DNA of 64,000 nt. Source: a virus (taxonomy: Duplodnaviria > Caudoviricetes). The stretch's first letter is position 1. Each line of letters starts with the position of its first letter. The position numbers and the translations under genes were made by a program. This document shows positions 10,445-20,327 of this stretch, piece by piece. Where the stretch lies: IMG/VR virus record IMGVR_UViG_3300021400_000341, positions 2,595 to 66,594 of that record, one strand, 5' to 3'. The notes under the pieces are model-generated. The model was not told where the DNA came from and did not search any database. It saw only the letters and a program-made list of their open reading frames with translations.

Positions 10445-12604
10445 ATGGCAATTCTTAATAAAGATGATTTAACATTTGATGGGACTTATGTCGAAACTAT
10501 AGATAATGTCGAAGTGACAAGAAATTATAGTATAGACATAAATCCAAATATAATTAGTCATATAACAACAGATTTAGAAGAAAATATTTTAGGGTCATTG
10601 TCAATTAACCCTAAAAATTTTGTATTTAATTTTAGTAATAGTTTATGTAATTTTAACATAAATACATCAAGTTTAGGTATAACTACACCATCCTTAACAT
10701 TTGGTGTAAATCCGAGTGGTATATCGTATACAAGTACAACAAATACTTTCAATGTTACGTCTACAAGTGTAATATATACCGGAACATCTAATTTTAAACT
10801 TGATGTAAATAGTACAGCATTTGCTTATTATACTCCGAGTATTAATGCGTCAAAACAACAGCCTACTATAGCATCAATGTTACTTGATACTACTAGTTCT
10901 ACTTTTGTTTTGAATAGTCAGGCATTATCTCCTACAACAAATACAGATAAACCTTGGCTTTTAATCAATTCAAGTGATTTAAATTTTAGACCTTTTCAAT
11001 CTAGTAGTACTTATGGTTTTAGTTATTCGTTTAATACAGGATTTAATTATAGAGCAGTAAATAATGCTGTTACACTAACTCATAACGGTGGCGGTTTTGA
11101 TGTTAGTGTAGGTACTAATCAGCATTTTGCATATGATTATAATAGTAACTTCAAGATATGGAGAAATGCTAATACATATGAAGCAGCAACTACTCAGTAT
11201 AGATTACTTGCATCAATGTCAATTGGAGATCTTGATTTTAGAGAAAACAGTCAATCCCAAGGAGCTATTAATAAGGGTATATTGTTCCGGCCTGATTCAG
11301 GAACATTTGAGTTTATTAGTAGTCTTGGTAAATTTATAGTTAATACTAATACTGATGGTATAACTCTTAATTGTCAAGGACATACTAATCCACCTATTTT
11401 ATTTAAAGCAGGTGTTAATGGATTAATTTGGGAACGTTCTTACCCTACTACTAATATTAGTCATTTTAGGTTTTCAGATGCAGGATTTTCAATGGAATTA
11501 CCTGATAACGATACTTCACATACATTAACATTTGATACTCTTGGTAAATTAAAAATAGATGGTGTTGAAGTTGGTACAGGCGGTTCATCTAATTCAATAA
11601 AAACTCCTACTGTAAATAATAAATATAGTGAACTTACTGTAAATAACAGTGGAGATGTTATTATAAATACATATGAAGTAGATTCTGTAAATGAAACTGA
11701 AACTGTAGTTGATACTTTAAGATATTCACTTGATGGAACATTATCTACTGAGAAATGGTCAATTACATCTAGTGGAGTTTTAACTATAGATAAATTAATA
11801 ACGAAAGAAATAGAATTGTTAAGTGAAAATTGGTGGTTTGATAATAAGGATATATTCATAACTCCAAGTGTTAATTCTATATCATTCGGTTTATATGTAT
11901 ATAATGAAGGTGAGACTTGTGGTATTGATTGGGGTGATGGTACTACTGAAATTGTTACTCCTAGTAGTGCTGATGATTATATTGTATCACATACATATAC
12001 TGAAACGGGTGTATATACAATAGAAGTTGCATATAATGGTAGTGTTAGTTATCAGAATTATGAGGATACATGGGTAAATAAATTTACCAAGATAGGATTA
12101 TCAAATAGTTATCCTTGTATAGGATTAGGAACTATAGATACAACATTAACAGATTTCTATTGTAATTGTACTGATTTCCATAGAGGACAGATACTGGGTG
12201 TATTCCAGAATTATAATGCTTTAAGAGAAGTTACATTAGGTGATAATGTACAAGCTTGGGGAGACGATAATATGAGTGGTAATGCATCAACATTTGTAGA
12301 TTGCACTGCTCTTGAAAAAGTTACAGTCGGCACAGGTCTTACCAGTGTACAACACGGATTTGTTACTTTCTATGGATGCACTGCGATGAAAGAATTCCAT
12401 ATTAAAGCAACTGTACCTCCTACAATAGATGATAGTGAATATACTGGTCCTGCTCCTATCATGTTATTCGGATATGATACAACTAATAGTAGAATAATTG
12501 ACCCTCCTACAGGATTTAAGATTTATGTACCTATGAATAGTGTAAATGCTTATAAAACTGCTACAGGTTGGTCAGATTGGGCAAGTTATATTGAAGGAGA
12601 ATAA
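10445..12604 (+). CDS. Putative tail fibre/adhesin with PKD-like and BspA-type LRR C-terminal domains
   Basis: IDWGDG...SHTYTETGVYTI (PKD-like); FVDCTALEKVTVG/FYGCTAMKEFHIKATVPPTI and KIYVPMNSVNAYKTATGWS (BspA/LRR_5 C-cap). Confidence 0.7.
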   Translation: MAILNKDDLTFDGTYVETIDNVEVTRNYSIDINPNIISHITTDLEENILGSLSINPKNFVFNFSNSLCNFNINTSSLGITTPSLTFGVNPSGISYTSTTNTFNVTSTSVIYTGTSNFKLDVNSTAFAYYTPSINASKQQPTIASMLLDTTSSTFVLNSQALSPTTNTDKPWLLINSSDLNFRPFQSSSTYGFSYSFNTGFNYRAVNNAVTLTHNGGGFDVSVGTNQHFAYDYNSNFKIWRNANTYEAATTQYRLLASMSIGDLDFRENSQSQGAINKGILFRPDSGTFEFISSLGKFIVNTNTDGITLNCQGHTNPPILFKAGVNGLIWERSYPTTNISHFRFSDAGFSMELPDNDTSHTLTFDTLGKLKIDGVEVGTGGSSNSIKTPTVNNKYSELTVNNSGDVIINTYEVDSVNETETVVDTLRYSLDGTLSTEKWSITSSGVLTIDKLITKEIELLSENWWFDNKDIFITPSVNSISFGLYVYNEGETCGIDWGDGTTEIVTPSSADDYIVSHTYTETGVYTIEVAYNGSVSYQNYEDTWVNKFTKIGLSNSYPCIGLGTIDTTLTDFYCNCTDFHRGQILGVFQNYNALREVTLGDNVQAWGDDNMSGNASTFVDCTALEKVTVGTGLTSVQHGFVTFYGCTAMKEFHIKATVPPTIDDSEYTGPAPIMLFGYDTTNSRIIDPPTGFKIYVPMNSVNAYKTATGWSDWASYIEGE

Positions 12605-12669
12605 TTTATAAATACGAGTTTTTACTGTTTCTCTAAAAAACAGTAATTATTTAAAATAGAGGTGATTTT

Positions 12670-13419
12670 ATGATTATTAAAGATAATAAAATTACAGGAA
12701 ATTTGAATGTTGATGGAGATTTAAAAGCTAATTCATTTGAAACTAATGATAATAAACAATTCTTACCTTTAAGTGGTGGTGCTTTAACCGGTGATGTTAC
12801 AACAACACTTAGTAATAATCAATTTACATTAACTTCATTAGTTAATAAATCTTATGTTGATTCAGCTATAGGTCAAATATCAGGTGGAATACCTGATGCC
12901 GGAAATACTACGACAGGTAATTTTACATTAACAAGAAAAAATATAACCCTTAATGTAAATACTTCAAATAGTGAAACCAGTGAATTTAAAGTAACGGCAA
13001 ATTCAAAAATATTTATTTATGGGTATTATAATAGTAATTCTGATTATCAGTTTATTTTAGGCGACCCGACAAGTAGTGGTTTAGGTCGTTTAAATATTAC
13101 AAATGGAGGAATTAACCTTGAAACAAATGGTGCATTAGTTCTTGGTACAAGTTCTTCTATAACTACTTATAATACTGAGATTTTTGGTGGTAAAGGTATA
13201 AACTTAACTGCTTATGGTAATACTGCACAAAATAAAGGAAATATAAGTGTAGTAACTAATGGTGGTGATATCTTATTACAACCCGGTGAAGGTGCTAGTG
13301 GTGAAAGCTTAACAGGTAAAACATATTACGGTACAGCTAATGCAAATAATGAAGTTGCAACAGTTGGATATGTACAAAGTTATATAAATACTTTAAATGC
13401 TAATTCTGTAGCTTATTAA
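12670..13419 (+). CDS. Putative tail fibre protein
   Basis: FLPLSGGALTG, LVNKSYVD and VATVGYVQ are common phage fibre repeat motifs. Confidence 0.6.
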   Translation: MIIKDNKITGNLNVDGDLKANSFETNDNKQFLPLSGGALTGDVTTTLSNNQFTLTSLVNKSYVDSAIGQISGGIPDAGNTTTGNFTLTRKNITLNVNTSNSETSEFKVTANSKIFIYGYYNSNSDYQFILGDPTSSGLGRLNITNGGINLETNGALVLGTSSSITTYNTEIFGGKGINLTAYGNTAQNKGNISVVTNGGDILLQPGEGASGESLTGKTYYGTANANNEVATVGYVQSYINTLNANSVAY

Positions 13420-13435
13420 AAGATAGGATGGTATT

Positions 13436-14164
13436 ATGAATATATTTAAAGTTGATGGAAATTTCATATCATTAAATACAGATTATTGTGAATTTTATAT
13501 ACCAATTAACTATTTTGATCCCACTGTAAAATTAGCTACTGAAATGGATAAGAAAATTAAAGTATTTGGATTATTTAAAATTGGTATATTTGAAAAAGGT
13601 AAATTTAAAGAAATGAGAATATTTAATTTACCAATGGGAATAGATTTATATACATATGAGACTGATATAAGTGAAATTAATCTTGTTGATAATAATGGAG
13701 ATAAAACTCAATGTAGAGTATTAAAATATACTAAAGGTTCAAAAATAATGGATTATGGATATTTCCCTGATGATGAATATGTTAAACAGTTTTTGAATAT
13801 GTTATTAGACGGTAATATCCCTAGTAATATTCCTTATAGTAAACTTCTTAGTGTATGGAATAAGAATACAGAAATATGTGGAGTAAATTTTGGTTTAAAT
13901 TCTTTTTATATGGAATTAGTATTATCTACAGTATATAGAAATCCTAATGATTTATCACAAAAATTTTCTAAAATAGCTTCAGATAAAGGTGTTAGTGATT
14001 ATGATTACAAGACAGCATCTATTAGACAGATTTGTCAGTATAATTCAACTTTCACTGCTGTAACATTTGAAGATATTGATAGTATGATAACTACATCATT
14101 AAATAAGACAAGAACAAAAGGTAATGAAAAATTTTCTCCGTTGGAAGAAATTATTAAATATTAA
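13436..14164 (+). CDS. Probable RNA polymerase beta' extreme C-terminal fragment
   Basis: GVNFGLNSFYMELVLSTVYR resembles GVxINDKHIEVIVRQMLR; NSTFTAVTFEDIDSMITTS resembles SFISAASFQETTRVLTEA. Confidence 0.55.
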   Translation: MNIFKVDGNFISLNTDYCEFYIPINYFDPTVKLATEMDKKIKVFGLFKIGIFEKGKFKEMRIFNLPMGIDLYTYETDISEINLVDNNGDKTQCRVLKYTKGSKIMDYGYFPDDEYVKQFLNMLLDGNIPSNIPYSKLLSVWNKNTEICGVNFGLNSFYMELVLSTVYRNPNDLSQKFSKIASDKGVSDYDYKTASIRQICQYNSTFTAVTFEDIDSMITTSLNKTRTKGNEKFSPLEEIIKY

Positions 14165-14264
14165 GAAACCGATAACTTCATTTATTAGGTTGATTTTTTT
14201 ACAATTATATAAAATTTAGTTACTAAACTAATTAATAAATTCTAAGTAAAGGAGTGAAATAGAT

Positions 14265-16316
14265 ATGCCGCAAACAAATCAGATTGTACCTAGATATTTC
14301 CATCCTCATGTGATGACGGTAATTAATGATAATACTATATACGAAGATGCAATTAATGTTGTAAATGATGACAATTCTTCTAAGTTTATATCAGTATTTA
14401 CATCAGATAAAGGTATTGATAACAAATTAATCAAGTTTACAAGCACTACTGATTTTGTTAATACATTTGGTAAATCTAATTATAAAAAACATGGGCAGCC
14501 TTTGATGATGCCTATAGCTCTTCTTAATACAGGCTACGCTACAGTAAATGCTATGCGTATAATGCCTGATAATTCATTCCCTGCTAATAGTGTACTTTAT
14601 TTATACTATAAACAGAATGATGAAGACCCTGATAATAAAAAATTCCAAATTAAATTTGCTATAAGAAATATTGATTCTTCTTCATTCGCAGCTGGAACAG
14701 ATACCGGATATGATAACTTCATGAAGGTAGCTGAAACTTTCGTTGAAAAGACTACTATGGAAGTTGATGACAATTACGAGAGAAGTTCAACTGATAAATC
14801 CACTAGTGTTGATGATGAAGATCTTATAGCAGGAAATTGGGTTAGAGTACCCTTATGTATAATTTCTATGGCTGGTAGAGGCTCATATGGTAATAACTAT
14901 AGATGGAGAATTGCCAGAAATAAGTATTATGAAAAAGATTATGGTATTAAGATATTTAATTTTGAGTTATTAAATACAGAGAATAATACCATAAATGTTG
15001 AACAGACTTTCTCTGGTTCAATTGTAACAAGTCCCAGATATAATACATTGACTCTTATTGACGATATTGTAGATAATCAGGACTTAGGTAAATCTTATAT
15101 TCGTATTCATACATTTGAAGATAATGTTGAATTAGTTTATAATGCATATAAGAATTTTGCCGGTAAAGATGATTCAGGTGTTTATAGTGATGAGAATCTT
15201 CCTGTAGGATTCCCTACTATAGATGAATTTGACCCCTTCTTTGCAAGAGTTATTGTAGATGATGATTATCTTCCTTTACTCGATATTCTTGAAGAGGCTG
15301 AAGGTCAATCTCAGATTACTGTTGATAGAATAGCAGGTATGATTATGGCTTCAGGTAGTGATGGTGATTTTGATAGAAATGCTACATATACTGACCCTAT
15401 TACTGGTGAAGTTATAGATACTGATGAGTATGTTGACGGTAAGATTAAAGAAACTTATATCAGAGCATTTACAAATGATAGCACATACGGTAAAATTTTA
15501 GATAATTCTATTCTTAGTACAAAGAGAGTACCTTGTAATGCTATCTTTGATGCTAATTATGATTTTGATGTTAAATTAGCTATTTCTGATATGATTCTTA
15601 ATAAGAGACAGGATTGTGTATTCTATATTGACTGTGGTTTAACTGATGGAGATGTTGATACAGTTGTTTCACAGATGGAACCTCTTTCAGTAAGTAGAAA
15701 TAACTCTATTAACTGGAACTGGTATTATACAAAAGACCCTGTAACTAAGAAAAAGATAGCTGTTACTATTACATACTTCTTAGCACAGACATTACCCAGA
15801 CACTTATCTGTTACAGGTAGTCACATACCTTTCGTTAAAGCTCCTACACAGTTAAGTGGTCATATTAAAAATCAGGTTTATCCTGTATTAAGTGATGCTG
15901 ATACTGAGACAAAAGAAATTCTTTATAATAACAGAATTAACTACTATGAGATTTTAGCTGAGAATGTATATCAGAGAAGAACTCAGAGTACTGCTATTAA
16001 GTATAATTCTGATTTACTTGAAGAAAATAATGTTCATACTCTTTGCGAGATGAGAAAGATTATTGAGAAGGATTGTTTCGATGCTCTCTATGATTTTACA
16101 TCTGTTGAGGCAAGAGCTAATTTCACAGAGTATGAAAAAGCTAAATTTGCTAATTGGATTGGTGTTAAAGTACAATCTTTTGATATTAATTTCAGTGTAA
16201 ATGAGTGGGAAGCTGAAAGATCTATTGTACATTGCTATGTTGCAGTACAGTTCAGAAATCTCATGAAGAGAGTTATTATTGAGATTGATATTAATAAGAG
16301 AGACTTTTTAGCTTAA
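14265..16316 (+). CDS. Contractile tail sheath protein
   Basis: N-terminal FTSDKG...FVNTFG...NAMRI and C-terminal LYNNRINY...EENNVH...VAVQFRNLMKRVIIEI; size and position before a tube-like gene. Confidence 0.85.
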   Translation: MPQTNQIVPRYFHPHVMTVINDNTIYEDAINVVNDDNSSKFISVFTSDKGIDNKLIKFTSTTDFVNTFGKSNYKKHGQPLMMPIALLNTGYATVNAMRIMPDNSFPANSVLYLYYKQNDEDPDNKKFQIKFAIRNIDSSSFAAGTDTGYDNFMKVAETFVEKTTMEVDDNYERSSTDKSTSVDDEDLIAGNWVRVPLCIISMAGRGSYGNNYRWRIARNKYYEKDYGIKIFNFELLNTENNTINVEQTFSGSIVTSPRYNTLTLIDDIVDNQDLGKSYIRIHTFEDNVELVYNAYKNFAGKDDSGVYSDENLPVGFPTIDEFDPFFARVIVDDDYLPLLDILEEAEGQSQITVDRIAGMIMASGSDGDFDRNATYTDPITGEVIDTDEYVDGKIKETYIRAFTNDSTYGKILDNSILSTKRVPCNAIFDANYDFDVKLAISDMILNKRQDCVFYIDCGLTDGDVDTVVSQMEPLSVSRNNSINWNWYYTKDPVTKKKIAVTITYFLAQTLPRHLSVTGSHIPFVKAPTQLSGHIKNQVYPVLSDADTETKEILYNNRINYYEILAENVYQRRTQSTAIKYNSDLLEENNVHTLCEMRKIIEKDCFDALYDFTSVEARANFTEYEKAKFANWIGVKVQSFDINFSVNEWEAERSIVHCYVAVQFRNLMKRVIIEIDINKRDFLA

Positions 16317-16330
16317 GAAAGGAGGGTTAA

Positions 16331-17299
16331 TTGATGGCTAATACATTTCAAACTAATATAAAAGAACATAGTGGCGATATGAGCAAATATTCACTTTTCT
16401 TAGGTGGATTAAATGTTACAAGAGATTCATTGATTCAATATGATCCTCTTAGATCAGGTTATGGTCGTATATTTATGATTCGTCAGCCTATTTTCGTTAC
16501 AAATGGTCTTGGCGAAGATAAGATGAGAAACTTTAAACATATATTGGAATATGGTAATACCAGTATAACTGGTCCCGGTGGAAGTTTACAACTTGATAAC
16601 AGTCCCATGACAGGTGGATATGTAGGTAGGCAAGTAGAGATTCCTACTGTTACAAAGGATAATACTAATGATTTAACTATACAAGTGTATGAATTTGCAG
16701 GATCCCCTGTAAGAGAAGTCCTTCAGTATTGGATTACAGGTATTTCTGATCCTTTATCTGGATATAGCACATATCATAGAAGTTCTGCTTTAGATAATGT
16801 AGGATTAAATTCTTCTCTTGCTAATGAAACAGCGGAGTTTATATATGTTGCAACTGATAATACAGGTTATAATGTAGAGTATGCTTGTATGTTTGCAAAT
16901 TGCTGGCCTACAGAAGTTAATCTTGATCATTTCAATTATACAGCAGGACAGCATGATGTTGTACAAGTTAATATACAGTTCAACGCAACAAGATATATTT
17001 CTCCTCAGATTAATGACCAGGCTAAGAAGCTTATTAGAAAATATAATGTCCTTATGGATAGTCTTAACTTCCATTCTGGATATAGTATTGATAACGATGA
17101 GGTAGAAAAAGGAAAACCCGGTACTTTCTATGAAGGTAGAGATAATGACAATAGAGGTCAGATTGCTAATAAAGATAAAGATGATACTGATGTATTTGTT
17201 GAAACATATGATGAAACAGTATTCAAGACGCCCAATATTGGACCTGTGCTCAATAGTATTCTTGCAAAAACTGAACAATCTAAAGATGGTACATCCTAA
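16331..17299 (+). CDS. Tail tube protein
   Basis: Directly follows the sheath; EFAGSPVRE...W..GI.DP and YACMFANCWP.EV pattern of tube proteins. Confidence 0.7.
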   Translation: MMANTFQTNIKEHSGDMSKYSLFLGGLNVTRDSLIQYDPLRSGYGRIFMIRQPIFVTNGLGEDKMRNFKHILEYGNTSITGPGGSLQLDNSPMTGGYVGRQVEIPTVTKDNTNDLTIQVYEFAGSPVREVLQYWITGISDPLSGYSTYHRSSALDNVGLNSSLANETAEFIYVATDNTGYNVEYACMFANCWPTEVNLDHFNYTAGQHDVVQVNIQFNATRYISPQINDQAKKLIRKYNVLMDSLNFHSGYSIDNDEVEKGKPGTFYEGRDNDNRGQIANKDKDDTDVFVETYDETVFKTPNIGPVLNSILAKTEQSKDGTS

Positions 17300-17315
17300 T
17301 AAAATAATAAATAAT

Positions 17316-17344
17316 TAAAGGAGCTCAATGAGCTCCTTTAATTA
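17316..17344. terminator. Bidirectional intrinsic terminator between convergent genes
   Basis: AATTAAAGGAGCTC-AAT-GAGCTCCTTTAATT perfect inverted repeat. Confidence 0.8.
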
Positions 17345-17596
17345 TTTTATATCAATTTTATATCCATTATATGAGAAATTATCAATTAAACTAATTACTG
17401 CCTTTAATTCATTTACAAGAGTTTGTATTGCTCCTGTATTGTTTTCTTCATAAAGTGATGGTGCTGTAAATATTATAGCAACCTTAGGAGTAGTAGTTAG
17501 ATTTATTGTAAATTCAGGGTTTATATCTCTAACACTTTCTCTTAATTTTAAAAATTCCTCATTTAATCTATCTAATTTAACTAACATAATAATCAC
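17342..17596 (-). CDS. Hypothetical protein
   Basis: ORF with SD GAGGTG and late motif at 17613-17624. Confidence 0.6.
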   Translation of the reverse strand: MIIMLVKLDRLNEEFLKLRESVRDINPEFTINLTTTPKVAIIFTAPSLYEENNTGAIQTLVNELKAVISLIDNFSYNGYKIDIK

Positions 17597-17634
17597 CTCA
17601 TATCTATAAAATTATAGATATGTTTTTGTTATTA

Positions 17635-18870
17635 TTAATAATCCATCTCTTCTTGTACAATATCCATTTCTTCAGGTTTTATTGAAGATATATTCTTTTC
17701 AAGTACAGGTACTATTAATGAATACATAATCTTATATAATTCTCTGTTTTCTTTAAAATCATTATGTATATTAGTTATTGTAAACTTATTATCTTTATGA
17801 CCTTCAAAATAGTATCCATTTTTATTTCCACCTACATATCCTAAATTCTTAGCCAATATAAATGATGACATAAGTGAATCATATCCTGTTACTTTATTAA
17901 ATACTAATGGAGCTATAGTTCCATTCGCATTACTTCTATTTTTAACAAATTGGCATTGTACTCCAAACCCATCGAAATTATGTTCTTCAGGAGTATATTT
18001 TTCTGCTCCTACTGAAGTTAATCTTATCATTGTATTTGTATAATATTGAACTGCCTTACCACAAGGTAAAGTTTCATCTTGTTTTAAATACATTAACTCT
18101 GCGGCTTGTGGCATACCTAAACCGGGTCTAAGTTTAATATGATTAATTAAAAACATAATTATATTTGAAGTTTTCATCATAGGTATAGATTCTTTTAAAA
18201 ATCTACCAATCTCAGCAGTCAATCTCATAACTTCAGTTTGACTTGTTATATCTTCAAGAGTTTTTAATCCATCTTTAGTATTCTCGTTAATATAAGTTGA
18301 TAAAGATGCTACTGAATCTATTATTATACAAGTAGGTTCATATGTAACTATCTCTTTACCAAATTCATCTAATTTACCTGTATTATATTGATACTTAGTT
18401 GGATTATTAACTTTCTCTAAATATATCTTAGCTATAGATTTTTTAATTTCTTCTATAGAAAATTGTGATTGTCTTAAAATATATTTACCATCTTCCATCT
18501 CAGTAGGAGTAAATTTACTAACACTGGCTATTCTACTATAATTAGCTCCACCCTCTAAATCATAATGAATAACAGTACCATTTTCAAATGGTCTTACTAT
18601 ATTAGAAGCTATTTGTATTGCTAATGTGGTTTTACCAACTTGTGATTTTCCTATAATAGTTACTATAGAACCAGCTGTTATTCCTAATGATGGATAAGTT
18701 TCTTTTACTTTATTATTTTCATCAAATACATTTATCATGCATCCTAAATTAAAATCCAATGCAGGAAAACCTGTTTTATAACTAACAAAAGTTCCATTTG
18801 CATTAAATAAATAACCTGTCTTATCATCAGCTCTTAATGCTTCAATTAAAATATTTTTACTCATTAGCAT
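17635..18870 (-). CDS. uvsX: UvsX/RecA-like recombinase
   Basis: Walker A GKSQVGKTT, Walker B IIIDSVASL, MFLINHI and GKAVQYY RecA-family motifs. Confidence 0.85.
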   Translation of the reverse strand: MLMSKNILIEALRADDKTGYLFNANGTFVSYKTGFPALDFNLGCMINVFDENNKVKETYPSLGITAGSIVTIIGKSQVGKTTLAIQIASNIVRPFENGTVIHYDLEGGANYSRIASVSKFTPTEMEDGKYILRQSQFSIEEIKKSIAKIYLEKVNNPTKYQYNTGKLDEFGKEIVTYEPTCIIIDSVASLSTYINENTKDGLKTLEDITSQTEVMRLTAEIGRFLKESIPMMKTSNIIMFLINHIKLRPGLGMPQAAELMYLKQDETLPCGKAVQYYTNTMIRLTSVGAEKYTPEEHNFDGFGVQCQFVKNRSNANGTIAPLVFNKVTGYDSLMSSFILAKNLGYVGGNKNGYYFEGHKDNKFTITNIHNDFKENRELYKIMYSLIVPVLEKNISSIKPEEMDIVQEEMDY

Positions 18871-19231
18871 CTTCCTCCTTTAAATTTGATATCTCTTCTT
18901 TAAGTTCTTTTCTATATTCAGGACTATATTTCTTTAAAATTTCATGTACTATTCTTACATTTACTTGTTCTGGATGTGTAGCACCACTTGAGTCATACCA
19001 ATCTTCACCAAGTAAATAATCTGTTAAAAAATTTATTGCTTCTTGTGCTTTTAAAGGTGGAGCAAATATATTATCTTTTTCCCAATTTCTAATTACCCAA
19101 TCAGAGTATTTGTTTTTAATAGATTTTTTAAATCTTAAATTTATAGTTAATTTTATGATGCATAATAATATAACGCATATAACTATAACGCATATAACTA
19201 TAAAAAGTACAGTACTTAACATATATATCAT
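18857..19231 (-). CDS. Membrane-anchored hypothetical protein
   Basis: N-terminal hydrophobic segment LSTVLFIVICVIVICVILLCII. Confidence 0.65.
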   Translation of the reverse strand: MIYMLSTVLFIVICVIVICVILLCIIKLTINLRFKKSIKNKYSDWVIRNWEKDNIFAPPLKAQEAINFLTDYLLGEDWYDSSGATHPEQVNVRIVHEILKKYSPEYRKELKEEISNLKEEDANE

Positions 19232-19316
19232 CTCCTTTTTTAATTACTAAAAAGTTATAGTATAGATTTTAATATATTTATGTTAAATGAAACAAGGTAT
19301 ATTTATAATACTGAAA

Positions 19317-19328
19317 AACATTAATATA
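19317..19328 (+). promoter_or_regulatory. Late promoter motif AACA-N6-TA (representative copy)
   Basis: The same motif precedes genes at + 10367, 29571, 32782, 34251, 59756 and - 2020-2031, 17613-17624, 34179-34190, 47677-47688, 55794-55805, 61267-61278, 63842-63853; TACA variants at + 5971, 8646, 14200, 39903. It resembles the AR9 late consensus. Confidence 0.75.
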
Positions 19329-19362
19329 AATACTTATATTATTAAGAAAGGAGTTTGATTAT

Positions 19363-20313
19363 ATGGCTTATATACGAGAATCAACTCTTGAAGATTCTTT
19401 TATTTATAAAACATTAAATGTATCAAATGCTATCATTGATAAAATGGTAAAAGTTATAAAGACTGCTATAACCATAGATAAAACTGCTATAGAGGAACAG
19501 TATTTACAATTAAAAAGATTTAAAGCTTCTCCTTTAGCACCTAAAGTAATAGATGCTTATGATAAAGGTTTAATAGAGATATTATTTTCAAAAGATTATA
19601 AAGTAACTAATTCTATTCCTTTTATAGTAAGAAAAAAGAATGGTAATATAATTTCTACTATTTTTATTAATGGATTTTGTACTTTAGATAAAGAAACAGG
19701 AAATTTAAATATTCCTGTTAAACAATTATATGCTTTAATGGAAGGTGCATATATTGCATTAAAGATACAGATAGAACCTGCGAGAGTTGAAAGAAATATA
19801 ACCTTAATGAGAATATGTTCTGATGTATATACTAAGATGTGTATAGGTATATTAAATAGAGATTATTCATTAAATACTAATAAAGACTTATTGGATAAAG
19901 TCACTTTTGTAGTTAAGAAATTCTTCTTAACTAAAATATGGGAATATAAAAGTACTGAATTGATAAATAACTATGCATCATTAGGATTAGAGTTTGTTCA
20001 ACAGATGGATTTAGAGATGTTACAAGAAGAATATGATGCTGCTGATATTAAAGATATAAATGAACTTATTGTATTCTTATCTAAACTTAATCCAAGAATG
20101 AGTGGATTAAATACTAAATATTATATTGAAAAATATTTGATGATTTATCATCAAGTAGGTTTATTAAGTATGGATTATTTACCGTACTTATTTTTTGTTA
20201 TAATAAATACTATATTAGGAAGCTTTTTAATTACACAGCCCTCATTAAATGAGATAATTAAAAACACCCCTAATATAAATAAATTTTATATCGAATTAAG
20301 TAAAAATATGTAA
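19363..20313 (+). CDS. Hypothetical late protein, probably structural
   Basis: SD GAAAGGAG; late motif at 19317-19328. Confidence 0.6.
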   Translation: MAYIRESTLEDSFIYKTLNVSNAIIDKMVKVIKTAITIDKTAIEEQYLQLKRFKASPLAPKVIDAYDKGLIEILFSKDYKVTNSIPFIVRKKNGNIISTIFINGFCTLDKETGNLNIPVKQLYALMEGAYIALKIQIEPARVERNITLMRICSDVYTKMCIGILNRDYSLNTNKDLLDKVTFVVKKFFLTKIWEYKSTELINNYASLGLEFVQQMDLEMLQEEYDAADIKDINELIVFLSKLNPRMSGLNTKYYIEKYLMIYHQVGLLSMDYLPYLFFVIINTILGSFLITQPSLNEIIKNTPNINKFYIELSKNM

Positions 20314-20327
20314 GGAGGTATTTACTA

